From Octopus sinensis (lineage: Eukaryota), in the NCBI RefSeq assembly GCF_006345805.1, contig NC_043017.1:31372001-31436000 (forward strand): a stretch of 64,000 bases of DNA, read 5' to 3'. Both the position numbers and the translations under genes were made by a program. Numbering within the stretch: position 1 is the stretch's first letter; every line of letters begins with the position of its first letter. Below, one piece after another: positions 13,306 to 26,518 of this stretch. Below the pieces are notes generated by a model that searched no databases, was not told where the DNA came from, and saw only the letters and a program-made list of their open reading frames with translations.

Positions 13306-14940
13306 GACTGAAAATTGGTAAGACATGTTCCAATCTGATTTGGCAAGGTTTCTATGACTGAATGCCCTTCTTACCATCAACCAGTCCAAGAGTGTAGTGG
13401 GTGCTTTTTACATGCCACTGGCATATATGCCATTTATATGACACCAGTACCGGCCACAACTATGATCTCACTTGGCTTGACAGGTCTACACAAGCACAGA
13501 ATATCACCAAATGTGTCAGTCACCTGTCACCGACTCCGTGAGGCCCAGCACCCAAATGGTGCTTTTTACATGCCACTGGCACAGGTAACAGTCAGAAGGC
13601 TGTGGCATCGGCCATGACTACGATTTTACTTGGCTTGACAGGTCTTCTCAAGCATAGAATATTGCCCAACATTTGAAGGTTGCTTTTTACATACCACTCT
13701 TGATCCAAATGGTTCTTTTAATAAAGTTCTTGCAGTGAATGTTACCATATTTACTTCACTCATTTCTACACTTCACATAAGGAAATAAAACCATCAAACT
13801 TATTGTAAATGTGAAGAACATTCAGAGCAACAAACATTCATAGCAATCTGAAATAGTCCAGTTTTCAATAGTTATAGCTTGTACTTGTTTATATATAAGG
13901 GACATTACTAAGGGGCATTCCAGAAGTTTGGGAACTTTCACAGAGTGCAGTAACCCAACTGTTAAATCTATAAAATATTGTAGATATTTTATACAATTTT
14001 GTTTTTGGATTTGGTTTGCAAGATTCTTTATATGAGTTCGTGTGTTGAAGCATATTCTGTTGTGTCTGGGGAGAGTCCTTTTCTTTTTGTGCCTTATAAT
14101 GTAACACACTCACCGGTAAAATTTCCACTCATTTCTTATTTTTATTTTCTAAAATTTTCGTTGCGTCTTGCAACCTTTTCTTTGTATGAAATAATGTTCA
14201 TTTGGCTAATAATGTTCAACCTCAAAAAATAGTAGTGCCTCTATTTATGGGTTAAATGGAAACAACCTTCTCTTCCTGCAGTCATGGCACATTTAATATT
14301 CTACCAGGTCATTGATGAAACCCAATATAGCATTTATGTCAGCTCAAAGCTATATAGGTACATAAAACAGAAGTGAAAGTATAGTAGATGATATGAAAAT
14401 GCCCTGTGGCAATAGATAAGAATGGTGGCATGCTTGAAGAGAAGGAAGCTGCTAAACAGTGCATTCACATTGGTTATTTGCGTGTGAAGAATTTGGTTAA
14501 GCAGAAAAGTGGCTGCTGCCTGAGATCCTGCTCAAATGACTAGGCGACATTATTTAGATGGATTAGTGCTTGACCCAACCTGGAGACATACGAAGTCAAA
14601 GAAGTGGTAAAAATTGTCCACAAGCTCACCCCTTTGCATCCCAAACCCCTTAAGTGGTTCGACAACTTGCATGGTGGGGGTAAATGTTTCACTAGTGAAA
14701 TAGAGTCCTTTTTTTTACCCTATTTACGCTGAAGCCAAGAATTTGGAGTTAACCTTATGTAGGTCTAAGCTGAACTCTAGGAAAAGACAGATGAAGTTGT
14801 CCATAAAATCGAAAGCATGTGAACTAACCTGTTGTAGCATACTCATGTCATCTGTTGGACTCTGTTCTTATCCATAGGGACAACAGTACAGCATGAGTAT
14901 TACATGTGGCTATGAATGGGGCAGACAGTCACACTATATA

Positions 14941-15350
14941 CTCTTTTTACTCTTTTGCTTGTTTCAGTCATTTGACTGCGGCCATGCTGGAGCACCGCCT
15001 TTAATCGAGCAACTCGACCCCGGGACTTATTCCTCTGTAAGCCCAGTACTTATTCTATCGGTCTCTTTTGCTGAACCGCTAAGTAACAGGGACATAAACA
15101 CACCAGCATCGGTTGTCAAGCAATGCTAGGGCGACAGACACAGACACACAAACATACACACACACGCATATATATGCATATATACAATGTGCTTCTTTCA
15201 GTTTCCTTCTACCAAATCCACTCACAAGGTTTTGGTCGGCCCGAGGCTATAGTAGAAGACACTTGCCCAAGGTGCCACGCAGTGGGACTGAACTCAGAAC
15301 CAGGTGGTTGGTAAACCAGCTACTTACCACACAGCCACTCCTGCGCCTAT
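14941..15350 (-). mobile_element. CORE-type SINE
   Basis: Full-length family match. Confidence 0.9.
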
Positions 15351-15379
15351 ATGTTGACATGTAGCACAAAACCGTTTGT

Positions 15380-15680
15380 CTATGTGATTGCCGTGTCAGT
15401 AAAAGGAGTGAATGTCAACAATCTTAACGTCCCGAAGTGCAATGCACGCTTGCATCAAATATGACCAGCCAATTAAAAGTGTTTCTTGACATTGCACCAG
15501 TCAATGCTTGTATCAGATAATCTATAAGAGCAGCTGCTGCATCAATCAGATTCTCTTATCCTGGGCATGCAGACTGCAGTATTGAAAACTATGTAAAGAT
15601 AGAACAGCTGTTATCTGAATGATGAAACTGACATCAAGCAGTTCTCAATGAATGAAGAATTCAGGAAACAACCACTCGAC

Positions 15681-15712
<32 letters not shown>

Positions 15713-16180
15713 GTTTAACATCCGCTTTCCATGCTAGCATGTGTTGGATGATTGACTGAGGGCTGGTGAACCACATGGCTGCACCAGGCCTCAATCTTGA
15801 TCTGGTAGAGTTTCTACAGTTGGATGCCCTTCCTAACGCCAACCACTCCGAGAGTGTATTGGTAGCTTTTACGTGCCACCGGCATGGGGCCAGTCAGGAA
15901 GTACTGGCAATGACCTTGCTCAAATCCTTTAAACATGCCACCGGCACAGGTGCCAGTAAGGCGATGCTGGTAACTCAAAGATGCAAATACATTGCTCCAA
16001 AAAAAATGCACCATCTGAAAGAATGGTGAGATAAAAAAGCAGATGAAATTCATTCCTTTGATGATTCTTAGGAAGTGAAAGCCCTCTTTGCTGGTCTGAA
16101 AGACTTTAAAGGCCCCAGGTAGGGTAACAAAACATCAATGAAGAGTAAGGATGACTCCCATCTCTATACAGAGTGAAGAG
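15380..16180 (+). pseudogene. Ancient RTE (BovB-like) ORF2 remnant, interrupted by a younger RTE 3' fragment (15682-15980)
   Basis: 16020-16160 reads W*DKKADEIHSFDDS*EVKALFAGLKDFKGPR, resembling the RTE EN-RT linker WWxxKAxEIQxxADxxDxKxFYxGLKxxYGP. Confidence 0.5.
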
Positions 16181-16185
16181 ATACC

Positions 16186-19100
16186 ATCATCATCATCATC
16201 ATCGTCGTTTAACGTCCGTTCTCCATGCTAGCATGGGTTGGACGGTTCGACCGGGATTCTGGGAAGCCAGAAGGCTGCACCAGGCTCCAGTCTAATTTGG
16301 CAATGTTTCTACAGCTGGATGCCCTTCCTAACGCCAACCACTCCGTGAGTGTAGTGGGTGCTTTTTACGTGCCACCTGCACAGGTGCCAGGCGGGGCTGG
16401 CAACGGCCACGGTCAGATTGGTGTATTTTATGTGCCACCGGCACGGAAGCCAGTCGAGGCGGTGCTGGCATCGGCCACGAGTCGGATAGTGCTTTTTACG
16501 TACCACCAGACCAGGGATCCTGGCTGGTTCAATTCGATTTCGATTTCGCTTGCCCCAACATGTCTTCACAAGCAAAGGGGGTTGGCAAGGGTGCCTGTCG
16601 TACGGTCGATTGGAGTATTTTACGTGCCACGGCCACGAGTCGGATAGTGCTTTTTACGTACCACCAGGCCAGGGATCCTGGCTGGTTCAATTCAGTTTCG
16701 ATTTCGATTTCGCTTGCCCCAACATGTCTTCGCAAGCATGGGGTGTCTGTCGTCGGATGAGGTTCTATATCGACTTCGCTTGCCTCAACCGGTCTTTGTG
16801 TCCAAGGGAGGAAAGGCATTCATAAGTGGGCTGGGCTCACTTGTCCTGCTGGTCTTCTCACATACAGAATATTTCCAAAGGTCTCGGTCTCTGGTCATTT
16901 CTCAGTGAGGCCTAAGTTCGAAGGTCGTGCTTCACCACTCGTCCCAGGTTTTCCTGGGTCACCTTTCCACGGGTTCCCTCAACTGCTAGGGATTGGCACT
17001 TTCTCACACACCTATCTTCATCCATTCTCGCCACATGACCATACCAGCGCAATCGTCTCTCTTGCACACACAACTGATGCTCTTAGGTACAACATTTCTC
17101 TCAAGGTGCTAACGCTCTGTCGAGTATGTACACTGACATTACACATCCATCGGAGCATACTGGCTTCATTCCTCACGAGCTTACGCATGTCCTCAGCAGT
17201 CACGGCCCATGTTTCGCTGCCATGTAGCATGGCTGTTCGTACACACGCATCATACAGTCTGCCTTTTACTCTGAGCGAGAGGCCTTTAGTCACCAGCAGA
17301 GGTAAGAGCTCCCTAAACTTTGCCCAGGCTATTCTTATTCTAGCAGTTACACTTTCAGCGCACCCACCCCCACTACTGACTTGGTCACCTAGATAACGGA
17401 AGCTATCAACAACTTCTAGTTTTTCCCCCTGGAAAGTGACGGAAGTTGTTTTCTGCAGATTTTCGGAGGTTAATGCTCCCGAGCATCTGCCACATACAAA
17501 AACTATCTTCCCAGTTAGCCTACCTTTGACATTGCTGCCACCTCTTATGTGTCCATAGCTTACACTGGGTACATCTTATAGAGTTTCTACCTACACCTTT
17601 TCTACAGATCGAGCAGGGCCATCTTCCTGAAGATATTTGTGGATTGTCTACCTTTCTACTTATTAGTACTTTGGTTTTAGCTAGGTTGACTCTAAGGCCC
17701 CTTGATTCTAAACCCTCCTTCCACACCTGGAACTTCTCCTCCAGTTCTGATAGTGACTCAGCAATAAGAGCAAGGTCGTCAGCGTAGAGGAGCTCCCAGG
17801 GACAGCCTGTCTTGAATTCCTCCGTAATTGCCTGGAGTACTATGATAAATAGGAGGGGGCTGAGTACTGAACCCTGGTGGACCCCAACCTCTACTTTGAA
17901 TTTCTGTGTACATGTTGCCAACCCTAACCTTACTTACGGCATCTCTGTACATGGCTTGCACAGTCCTCACCAGCCATTCATCTATCCCTAGTTTCCTCAT
18001 TGACCACCAGATAAGGGATCGGGGGACCCTATCAAAAGCTTTCTCCATGTCAACGAAAGCCAGGTACAGGGGCTATCTTTGGCTAGGTATTTCTCCTGCA
18101 GCTGCCTTACCAGGAATATAGCATCAGTGGTACTTTTCCCTGGCACGAACCCAAACTGCATCTCATCTAAACTAACTCTCTCTCTAATTAGTTGGGCTAT
18201 GACCCTCTCCGTAACCTTCATTACTTGATCCAACAGCTTGATACCTCTGTAATTATTTGTATCTAGGGCATCACCTTACCTTTGTAGCAGTTGACTAGTA
18301 TGCTGCTGCACCAGTCATTGGGTATGACTCCTTCGTGTATCACCTGGTTGACTATACGGGTGACTAGGTTATAGCCGACACTGCCAGATATTTTGAGCAT
18401 CTCTGCAGTAATTCCTGATGGGCCTGGGGCTTTCCCTGTCTTCATGCTTCTAATTGCCCTAGCTACCACGGAACTATCAACTCGGATAGCTGGTCCCTCT
18501 GTAGGGTCAACATTCGGCAGACTCTCTTTATCCCATTCATTTTCCTCATTCAGTAACCTTTCATAGTGGCGTCTCCAAGCTTCTCTCTTTGATTCCTCAT
18601 TTAGCGCAAGTGAACCATCCTCCATGCGAACACATTTCTCTCCTACCACATCACGATTCTCTCTCACACACTGTCTTGCAACACGAAATACCTCAAGTCT
18701 TTCATCCTCACGGCGCAGGACATTGGCAAATTTTCTCTTATCTGCTTCCCCTCTGGCTAGATAGACCTGTCTCCTAGCTTCCCTTCTGGCAGTCTGATAC
18801 CCTTCCCTGCTACCACCGTTCTTCCAGGCCTTCCAAGCCTGTTTCTTTTGTCTAATAGCCCTGTCAACAATATTGTTCCACCACCACGTTATTTTGGGTC
18901 TTAAGGGGACTTTGCACCAGCCACAGATCTGGTCAGCGGCTTTCAGCAGGTTGTCCCTCAGAAACGTCCAGTTGTCTTCTACCCCATGTGTAGCTATACC
19001 CCCTTCCACTTCGTCGAAGGCTTCAAGTAACATATCTCTAAATCTCTGTTCATTCGCAGGGGCTTTAAGCTTCCAGACCCTTCTTCTCCATGTTGGTCGT

Positions 19101-19696
19101 CTTCTAGTCGCCCTCTTAGTCCTGATCCTAAAGTCACTAACTACCAGTCTATGTTGTGGGGTACATTCTTCGCCTGGGAAGTTTTGGCATTTTTAAGCAG
19201 CCATCTTTCCCTTTTTCTGGCAAGGATGTAGTCGATTTGGCTAGTATGCCGGCCCGATCGGTAGGTGACCAGGTGGCTTGTTGGTTTCCTGAAGTTAGTG
19301 TTGCAGACCATAAGACTATTCGCATCGCAGAACTCCAGCAGCTGGTTCCCTCCTCGTTGTGGGAACCATAACCGTAGCCTCCATGTACGCCATGGAAGCC
19401 CCCAGCATGTCGTCCAACATGCCCATTGAAATCACCAGCCACAAAGAGAAGGTCCCTGTCGTTCGTCGATGAGGTGGTCTGCAGTAGGGTGTCATAGAAA
19501 CTGTCTTTCTGTCCATCGGGTAGCCCTGGCTGAGGGGCATAGGCCGATATAATGGTTGCTAATCTATTATGAAGCACTATTCTAATCTTAAGTATTCTGT
19601 CACTTACTCTGATTACCTCAAATTCTATCTATCCATTTCTCAGCGATAAGTAACCCACGCCACCACCCCGTCAGTGTTCCCTGCCCAGAAAATCTT
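16186..19696 (-). mobile_element. RTE-clade LINE, 5'-truncated within the APE endonuclease; RT domain split by single-base frameshifts
   Basis: EN motifs FVAGDFNGHVG and SQIDYIL. RT motifs KTGKAPGPSG, QFGFVPGKSTTDAIF, EKAFDRVPR, VGVHQGSVLSPLLF, LYADDL. (GAT)n 3' tail at 16186-16210. Confidence 0.95.
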
Positions 19697-20155
19697 GAGT
19701 AAGTGACAGAATACTTAAGATTAGAATAGTGCTTCATATAGATTAGCAACCATTATATCGGCCTATGCCCCTCAGCCAGGGCTACCCGATGGACAGAAAG
19801 ACAGTTTCTATGACACCCTACTGCAGACCACCTCATCGACGAACGACAGGGACCTTCTCTTTGTGGCTGGTGATTTCAATGGGCATGTTGGACGACATGC
19901 TGGGGGCTTCCATGGCGTACATGGAGGCTACGGTTATGGTTCCCGCAACGAGGAGGGAACCAGGCTGCTGGAGTTCTGCGATGCGAATAGTCTTATGGTC
20001 TGCAACACTAACTTCAGGAAACCAACAAGCCACCTGGTCACCTACCGATCGGGCCGGCATACTAGCCAAATCGACTACATCCTTGCCAGAAAAAGGGAAA
20101 GATGGCTGCTTAAAAATGCCAAAACCTTCCCAGGCGAAGAATGTACCCCACAACA
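19697..20155 (+). mobile_element. Inverted duplication of RTE EN segment 19152-19609
   Basis: Near-identical reverse complement separated by an 87-bp spacer of continuing RTE sequence. Confidence 0.95.
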
Positions 20156-20661
20156 GTGCATTTAAAGTAAAAGAAGGCAGTGGTTGTGTGCATGGTGGGG
20201 GTAAATGTTTCACTAGTGAAACAGAGTCCCATTTTTACCCTATTTACACCGAAGCCAAGAATTTGGAGTTAACCTTGTGTTGGTCTAAGCTGAACTCAAG
20301 GAAAAGCCAGATGAAGTTATCCATAAAATCGAAAGTATGGGAATTAACCTGTTCGCATTTCAACCAATAATATCCAACCCAAATATTCTACTTGCTTTAT
20401 GGTCAAACCAGACAGATCTGACCACTCACACTTACTCTACAATGTCATTCTAAAAATAAACAGTCACAACAGCGAAATCTTTAAGCTACAAGATAATGAA
20501 GGATTAACCCTTTCATTACCATCCTGGCTGAAACCAGCTCTGGCTCTGAGTACAAATGTCTTGTTTTCATAAGTTTTGAATTAAAATCTTCTCCACCAAA
20601 CCTTAGTCAGAATTAATGTTCCTAAAACTAGCTGAATGATAACTAAATTATTTTACTAAAT

Positions 20662-20945
20662 AATCATCATCAACATCGTTTAACGTCCGTTTTCCATGCT
20701 AGCATGGGTTGGATGGTTCGACCGGGGTCTGGGAAGTCAGGAGGCTGCACCAGGCTCCAGTCCGATCTGGCAGTGTTTCTACAGCTGGATGCCCTTCCTG
20801 ACGCCAACCACTCAGTGAGTGTAGTGGGTGCTCTTTACGTGCCACTGGCACAGGTACCAGGTGAGTCTGGCAATGGCCACGATCGGTTGGAGCTTTTTAT
20901 GTGCCACCATCACAGAAGCCTGTCAAGGCAGCACTGGCAAAGTTC
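20662..20945 (-). mobile_element. RTE 3'-end fragment
   Basis: catcgtttaacgtcc...ggatgcccttcctgacgccaacc. Confidence 0.8.
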
Positions 20946-20994
20946 TCCCTGTAACTAAGCATCACCCATTTCCTAGCAAGGTAATATTTTCCCC

Positions 20995-21186
20995 ATAGCC
21001 AGACTGGCAGAAACGTTTGCACGCCGAGTTCAAAATCCATCGAGATCGACTTTGCCTTTCATCCTTTTGGGGTCGATTAAATACGTACCAGTTACACACC
21101 GGGGTCAATATAATCGACTTAGTCCGTTTGTCTGTCCTTGTTTGTCCTCTCTGTGTTTAACCCCGTGTGGTCAGTAAAGAAATAGG
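20995..21186 (+). mobile_element. Second tRNA-derived SINE family (core gcctttcatcctttcggggtcgat)
   Basis: Other copies at 41935, 42300, 44365-45176, 49090, 54420 and 61020. Confidence 0.8.
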
Positions 21187-21907
21187 TTATAAATGACATT
21201 GCTTGTATGACAGTGAGAGGCATTGATAACTATCATATGGTGTCAAGACAAGGACACACACACACACAAACACACACATGTAGACACACATACATATATA
21301 CATTCATACATAAGCATATATACAGCTATATATAGCTGCATACCTATATATTGCTGTGTGTATATGAATATTGGTGAACAAATTATGGTTTGTTAAAAAA
21401 AAAAATGCTTATTGATATTTATGGCTGACCAAATAATTCCTTGCAATACCAATGTCCACTTTGTGTTTCCTAACTCACAGAAGTGATAAAATAAGCACCA
21501 GACAAAATATAACAAGAACCAGACAATGTTGTTAATACAATTCACTAAAACTTTGAAGGCTTGCTTGCAGTTATGTGACTGAAACCTGTAAAAAATAAAA
21601 GAGCAGAACTTATAAATTCTAATAATGCAGCTATGGCTTCTATACGTCAGAACAAAGAAGCGTTTGCCTAAAGCCATTTCTGTTCATAGAGCAGATTTGG
21701 ACATTAAACAGCATCAGACAAAACCAACAACTGACGTAGAAAGTAATGTTGAAAGACAAGAATACAGAAAGACGTGAAAAGGAAAAAAAAATTGATGATT
21801 TTACAGTTTTACAGCAGTAACAAAACATAAGGCCTCTAAACATATGAAGTTAAACATTAATTTTGAGAGTCAAACAAACAAAATACACACACACACGCAC
21901 ATACACA

Positions 21908-21949
<42 letters not shown>

Positions 21950-21989
21950 CACTCCAGCAAAAAGGTTGAAAAGCACTGCTCTGCAACAA

Positions 21990-22690
21990 ACAAATTGAAA
22001 GTCTGTTTTATATCATCACATCTTCCTGTCACCCATCTATTGGGTTTAAAAAACTTGGTGAAGGGTGTCTGCAAAAGGATATCAAGCATGTCCCCAAATA
22101 AGGTCATGTTCAACACTGCAACCCTATTCTACAATGAAGCTTTGGCAGCCAGTGGGTTTAAGGACTACATCTTCTATATGCTGGGATCTAACATCCACAA
22201 ATGAAGGTGCCATTGTAAGGGCCTTTGGTTTTCCCCACCTTTCTCACTCAGTGTCAAAACTTGTGTGGGAAGGAGTTTCCTTAGGATAGTAGATAAGCAT
22301 TTTACACAATCCCATAGGTATGGACAATTATTCAAAAGACACACGTAAAAGGCCATAAACTCATGTTGAAGTAACAGAGGCCCCTCTTCCCGCTGTGACT
22401 AAATAACCACAGATTTTCTTTTAGGATCCCAGAGTGACACAGTGAAATGGCATTGACCAACAATATCTGGCATTTAAAAGAAGAAGAAATGCCATACAGG
22501 ATTAAATAAAAGCTCCTAGAACAGTCTGGGTCATATCTCAATAGAAGCAGATGATGCAAATTTATTTGACCAACAGGGCAAGGATTATAAAAAACTTTTC
22601 TTGATTCAAGTGCCTTCCTGAATTCAAATAGGGAGATTTTTAGTCAGTGCCTTTATGGTAAAACGTGGGCTTTCCCACTAGCTAATTAGT
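21990..22690 (+). pseudogene. Penelope-like element remnant (RT C-terminus, linker, GIY-YIG C-terminus)
   Basis: Reads LKNLVKGVCKRISSMS...YNEALAASGF...LWFSPPFSLSVKTCVGRSFLRIVDKHF...ALTNNIWHLKEEEMPYRIK*KLLE...LNSNREIFSQC, with stops and a gap. Confidence 0.7.
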
Positions 22691-22977
22691 AAATGGAAAA
22701 CTTACATAAAATTGACCTCTTTCAGACATAACCAGAACCTTTCAAAGGATGCTAGCTCTATCTTTCCCAGACAGGAATTTTGCATCAAAAATATTCTGTT
22801 TCGGGGTTTTCTTTTCACTATCAAGCTGGCCAAGACAGTATTTTTACCTTTATTAATAAATAGTTTATATGCCTCCAGCCAAAAAGTCTGCAGAGTGACA
22901 TATATTGCTAATTGCAATAACACCTGTGAAACAAATGATAATTTCTGGCTGGCCATAATCAACAACTACATAAAATG

Positions 22978-23605
22978 TATGTATGTATGTATGTATGTAT
23001 GTATGTATGAATGTATGTATGTATGTATGTATGTATGTATGTATGTATGTAGGTATGAATGTATGCATGTATGTATGTATGTATGTATGTATGAATGTAT
23101 GTATGTATGAATGTATGCATGTATGTATGTATGTATGTATGTATGAATGTATGTATGTATGTATGTATGTATGTATGTATGAATGTATGCATGTATGTAT
23201 GTATGTATTATGTATGTATGAATGTATGTATGTGTGTATGTATGTATGAATGTATGTATGTATGAATGTATGCATGTATGTATGCATGTATGTATGTATG
23301 AATGTATGTATGTATTATGTATGTATGAATGTATGTATGTGTGTATGTATGTGTGTATGTATGAGTGTATGTATGTGTGTGTGTATGTATGTATGTGTGT
23401 GTATTTATGTATGTATGTGTATGTGTATGAATGTATGTATCTATGCATGTATGCATGTATGTATGTATGTGTGTATGTGTGTATGAATGTATGTATCTAT
23501 GTATGCATGTATGTATGTATGTATGTACGTATGTATGTATGAATGTATGTATGTATTTATGTATGTATGTATGTATGTATGAATGTATGTATGTATGTGT
23601 GTGTA
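22978..23605. repeat. (TGTA)n tetranucleotide array with GAAT/GCAT variants
   Basis: Direct reading. Confidence 0.95.
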
Positions 23606-23751
23606 TTTATGTACATATACATATTAAGTATCATCATCATCATCTTAATACCGGTGTTTATAGAGACATACTGTCTATGCCATTTATCTTTTCTTTTGTC
23701 AACCCTCGCCTATTTTCAATATTTCCAAGCAAGGTAATATTTCACCATATT

Positions 23752-24173
23752 CTTTTATTCTTTTATTTGTTTCAGTCATTTGACAGCAGCCATGCTGGAG
23801 CATTTCCTTTAAAGGGTTTTTAGTCAAAGAAATCAACTTCAGGACTTATTCTTTGAAAGTCTAGTACTTATTCTATTGATTCCTTTTGCCAAAATCCCAT
23901 GTTACAGGAATGTAAGCATATGAACATTGGTTGTCAAGCGATGGTGGGTTACAAACACAGACACAAAGACACACACATATATATATACAACAAGCTTCTT
24001 TCAGTTTTCATCTACCAAATCCACTCACAATGCTTTGGTCAACCCGAAACTATAGCAGAATCTATAGTAGAGGCTATAGTAGAAGACCTGCCCAAGGTGC
24101 AATGCAGTGGGACAGAACCTGAAACCATGTGGTTGAGAAGCAAGCTTCTTACCACATAACCACACCTGCACCA
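23752..24173 (-). mobile_element. Diverged CORE-type SINE
   Basis: Family match with many substitutions. Confidence 0.8.
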
Positions 24174-24180
24174 TAGTTAT

Positions 24181-25447
24181 CAGGTCACCCCATAAGTTCT
24201 GTCTGAAATTTGAATAAAGGAAACAAGTGATCAAATGCTATATTTAATTGAAATTTAATCATTAATGTACTTTCCCTGATTATCTATGACTTCCTTCCAT
24301 CTATTTACAAGCTTTTTTATTCCTGTCAATGTAAAACTCTTTTGGTTTCAAAGCGACGAAATCTGAAATGTCAGTTCTAACCTCTTCCTGGCTTGCAAAA
24401 GTTATGCCCCCCAATTGATTCTGTAAACTATGAAACAAATAGTAGTCTGAAGAAGCAAGGTTGGGAGAATAAGGTGGATGAGAAATTTTTTTCCCAACCA
24501 AGCTCTTTGATCTTCTGTGATGTGATCTTTGCAGTGTGGGGTCGCACGTTGCCCTGATGAAACATCACTCCTTTTCGATTCACTAAAGCGGGTCTTTTTT
24601 TCTTCAAAGCTTCGTTCAAATGCTCTAATTGCTGACAGTAGATTTGAGCATTGATTGTTGCATTAGGTGGTAACAATTCAAAGTGAATTACTCCTTTGCA
24701 ATGCCACCAGCTAGAGAGATGAACCTTTTTCCCATGAAGTTCCCTTCTCAGTTGTGGTTGAGCTTTTTTCCCTTTTACCAAGCCACTGTTTACGGCATTT
24801 AACATTCCGATACAAGATCCATTTTTCCTCACCAGTCACAAGTCTATCCAAAAAAGGGTGAAATGAGTTCACGAGAATGTAGAGAAGAGCAGATGTCAAC
24901 TCAGGATTTACGGTTGCTTTTGGACAATTCATGAGACACCCAATTTCCAAGTTTAGGAATCTTTCCATGTTGTTGAAGATGCTTTATGAGTACAAAAAAG
25001 GAAACTCTGCAGCCGAAGCAACTCAAAACATACACTCAGTTTATGGGAAAGAATGCTTGAATGAAAGAATTTGCAGGAGATGGTTTGATCTAAGCTTTAT
25101 TGCCAATTCTTCAACAGATAATGCAGGATTTTCTTCAAGTAATGCCTCAAGGAGCTTATCATCAAACTCAACTGGACGCCCTGTTCGATCTTCATCTTCA
25201 AGGCTGAAATCTCCAATTTCAGCCTTGAAGCATTATGCCCCTCAAATGCTCTTTGGATACTTCCATGTTAGAAAGGGTTTTAATCAAAGAAATTTTAATT
25301 CTATTATTCTGTAAAATAATATTTAATTAGTTTAAGTGTACCTAAATGCATAAATATAATTTTTAATTCCATTAGACATTCTAAATACTTTCAATTAGAT
25401 TCAATTTTAAGAAAGGTAAAATCGGACAGAGCTAATGGGAAGACCTG
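24181..25447 (-). mobile_element. Mariner (Tc1/mariner) DNA transposon, pseudogenised and internally rearranged
   Basis: Diverged TIRs caggtcaccccataagttctgtctga / rc caggtcttcccattagctctgtccga. Transposase motifs PFLDRLVTGEEKWILY, FHQGNVRPH, HPPYSPNLASSDYYLF. Length ~1.27 kb. Confidence 0.92.
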
Positions 25448-25939
25448 TTTCTGCAGAACATTGGAAATAGATGACATTCATTTACAACAATCACGTGATG
25501 TCAAGACAAGGATTTGCAAACACCACACACACACACACATATGGCGGTGCCCCAGCATGGCCACAGCTAATGGCGGTGCCCCAGCATGGCCACAGCTCCT
25601 GAGCTGAGACTAGATAAAAAAAAATATGACTGGCTTCAATCAATCCCTATCTACCAAATCTGCTCACATGGCTTAGTTCAGCCCTGGGCAATAGTTGAAG
25701 ACATTTGCTCAAATTAATGCACCCTGATATTGAACCCAAAACCCATGTAGCTCAGAAGCAAGCTTCTTAACCACAAAGCCACTTACAAGCACATGTAGCC
25801 ATACATAGGAACATGTATAAGCTTGTTTATGAATCTAATTGTAATGCTGCAAAGGTGTCATTGTGTATGTGTGAGTGACTACAAAATGTTAAGCCAAGAG
25901 AAAGCTCTACATAGCTGCTTGGTGTGTTAGACATAGCAG

Positions 25940-26508
25940 CTAAATTTCCATCAAGTCATAAAATCGAAGTCGATCAACATCAATGGAAATTGCAGCTGTG
26001 ATACCAGTGCCGGTGGCATATAAGCGAACCATCCGATCGTGGCTGTTGCCAACGTCACCCCAACTGGCCTCATGCCGGTGGCACGTGAAAAGCACCATCC
26101 GATCATGGCCATTGCCAGCCTGGCCTGGCCTCTGTGCCGGTGGCACATAAAAAGCACCATCCAACCATGGCCGTTTGCCAGCCTCTTCTGGCACCTGTGC
26201 CGGTGGCACGTAAAAAGCACCATCCAACCGTTGCCGTTTTCCAGCCTTGTCTGGCACCTGTGCCGGTGGCACGTAAAAAGCACCATCCAACCGTTGCCGT
26301 TTTCCAGCCTCATCTGGCACCTGTGCCGGCGGCACGTAAAAAGCAGCCACTACACTCACGGAGTGGTTGGCGTTAGGAAGGGCATCCAGCCGTAGAAGCA
26401 TTGCCAGATCAGACTGGGCCTCGTGCAGCCTTCTGGCTTCCCAGACCCCAGTTGAACCGTCCAACCCATGCTAGCATGGAAAGCGGATGCTAAATGATGA
26501 TGATGAAC
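25940..26508 (+). mobile_element. RTE 3' UTR fragment with 63-bp tandem repeats and (GAT)n tail
   Basis: tggcacctgtgccggtggcac at 26189, 26252 and 26315; ends in ...catgctagcatggaaagcggatgctaaatgatgatgatg. Confidence 0.85.
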
Positions 26509-26518
26509 AAATGAAACA

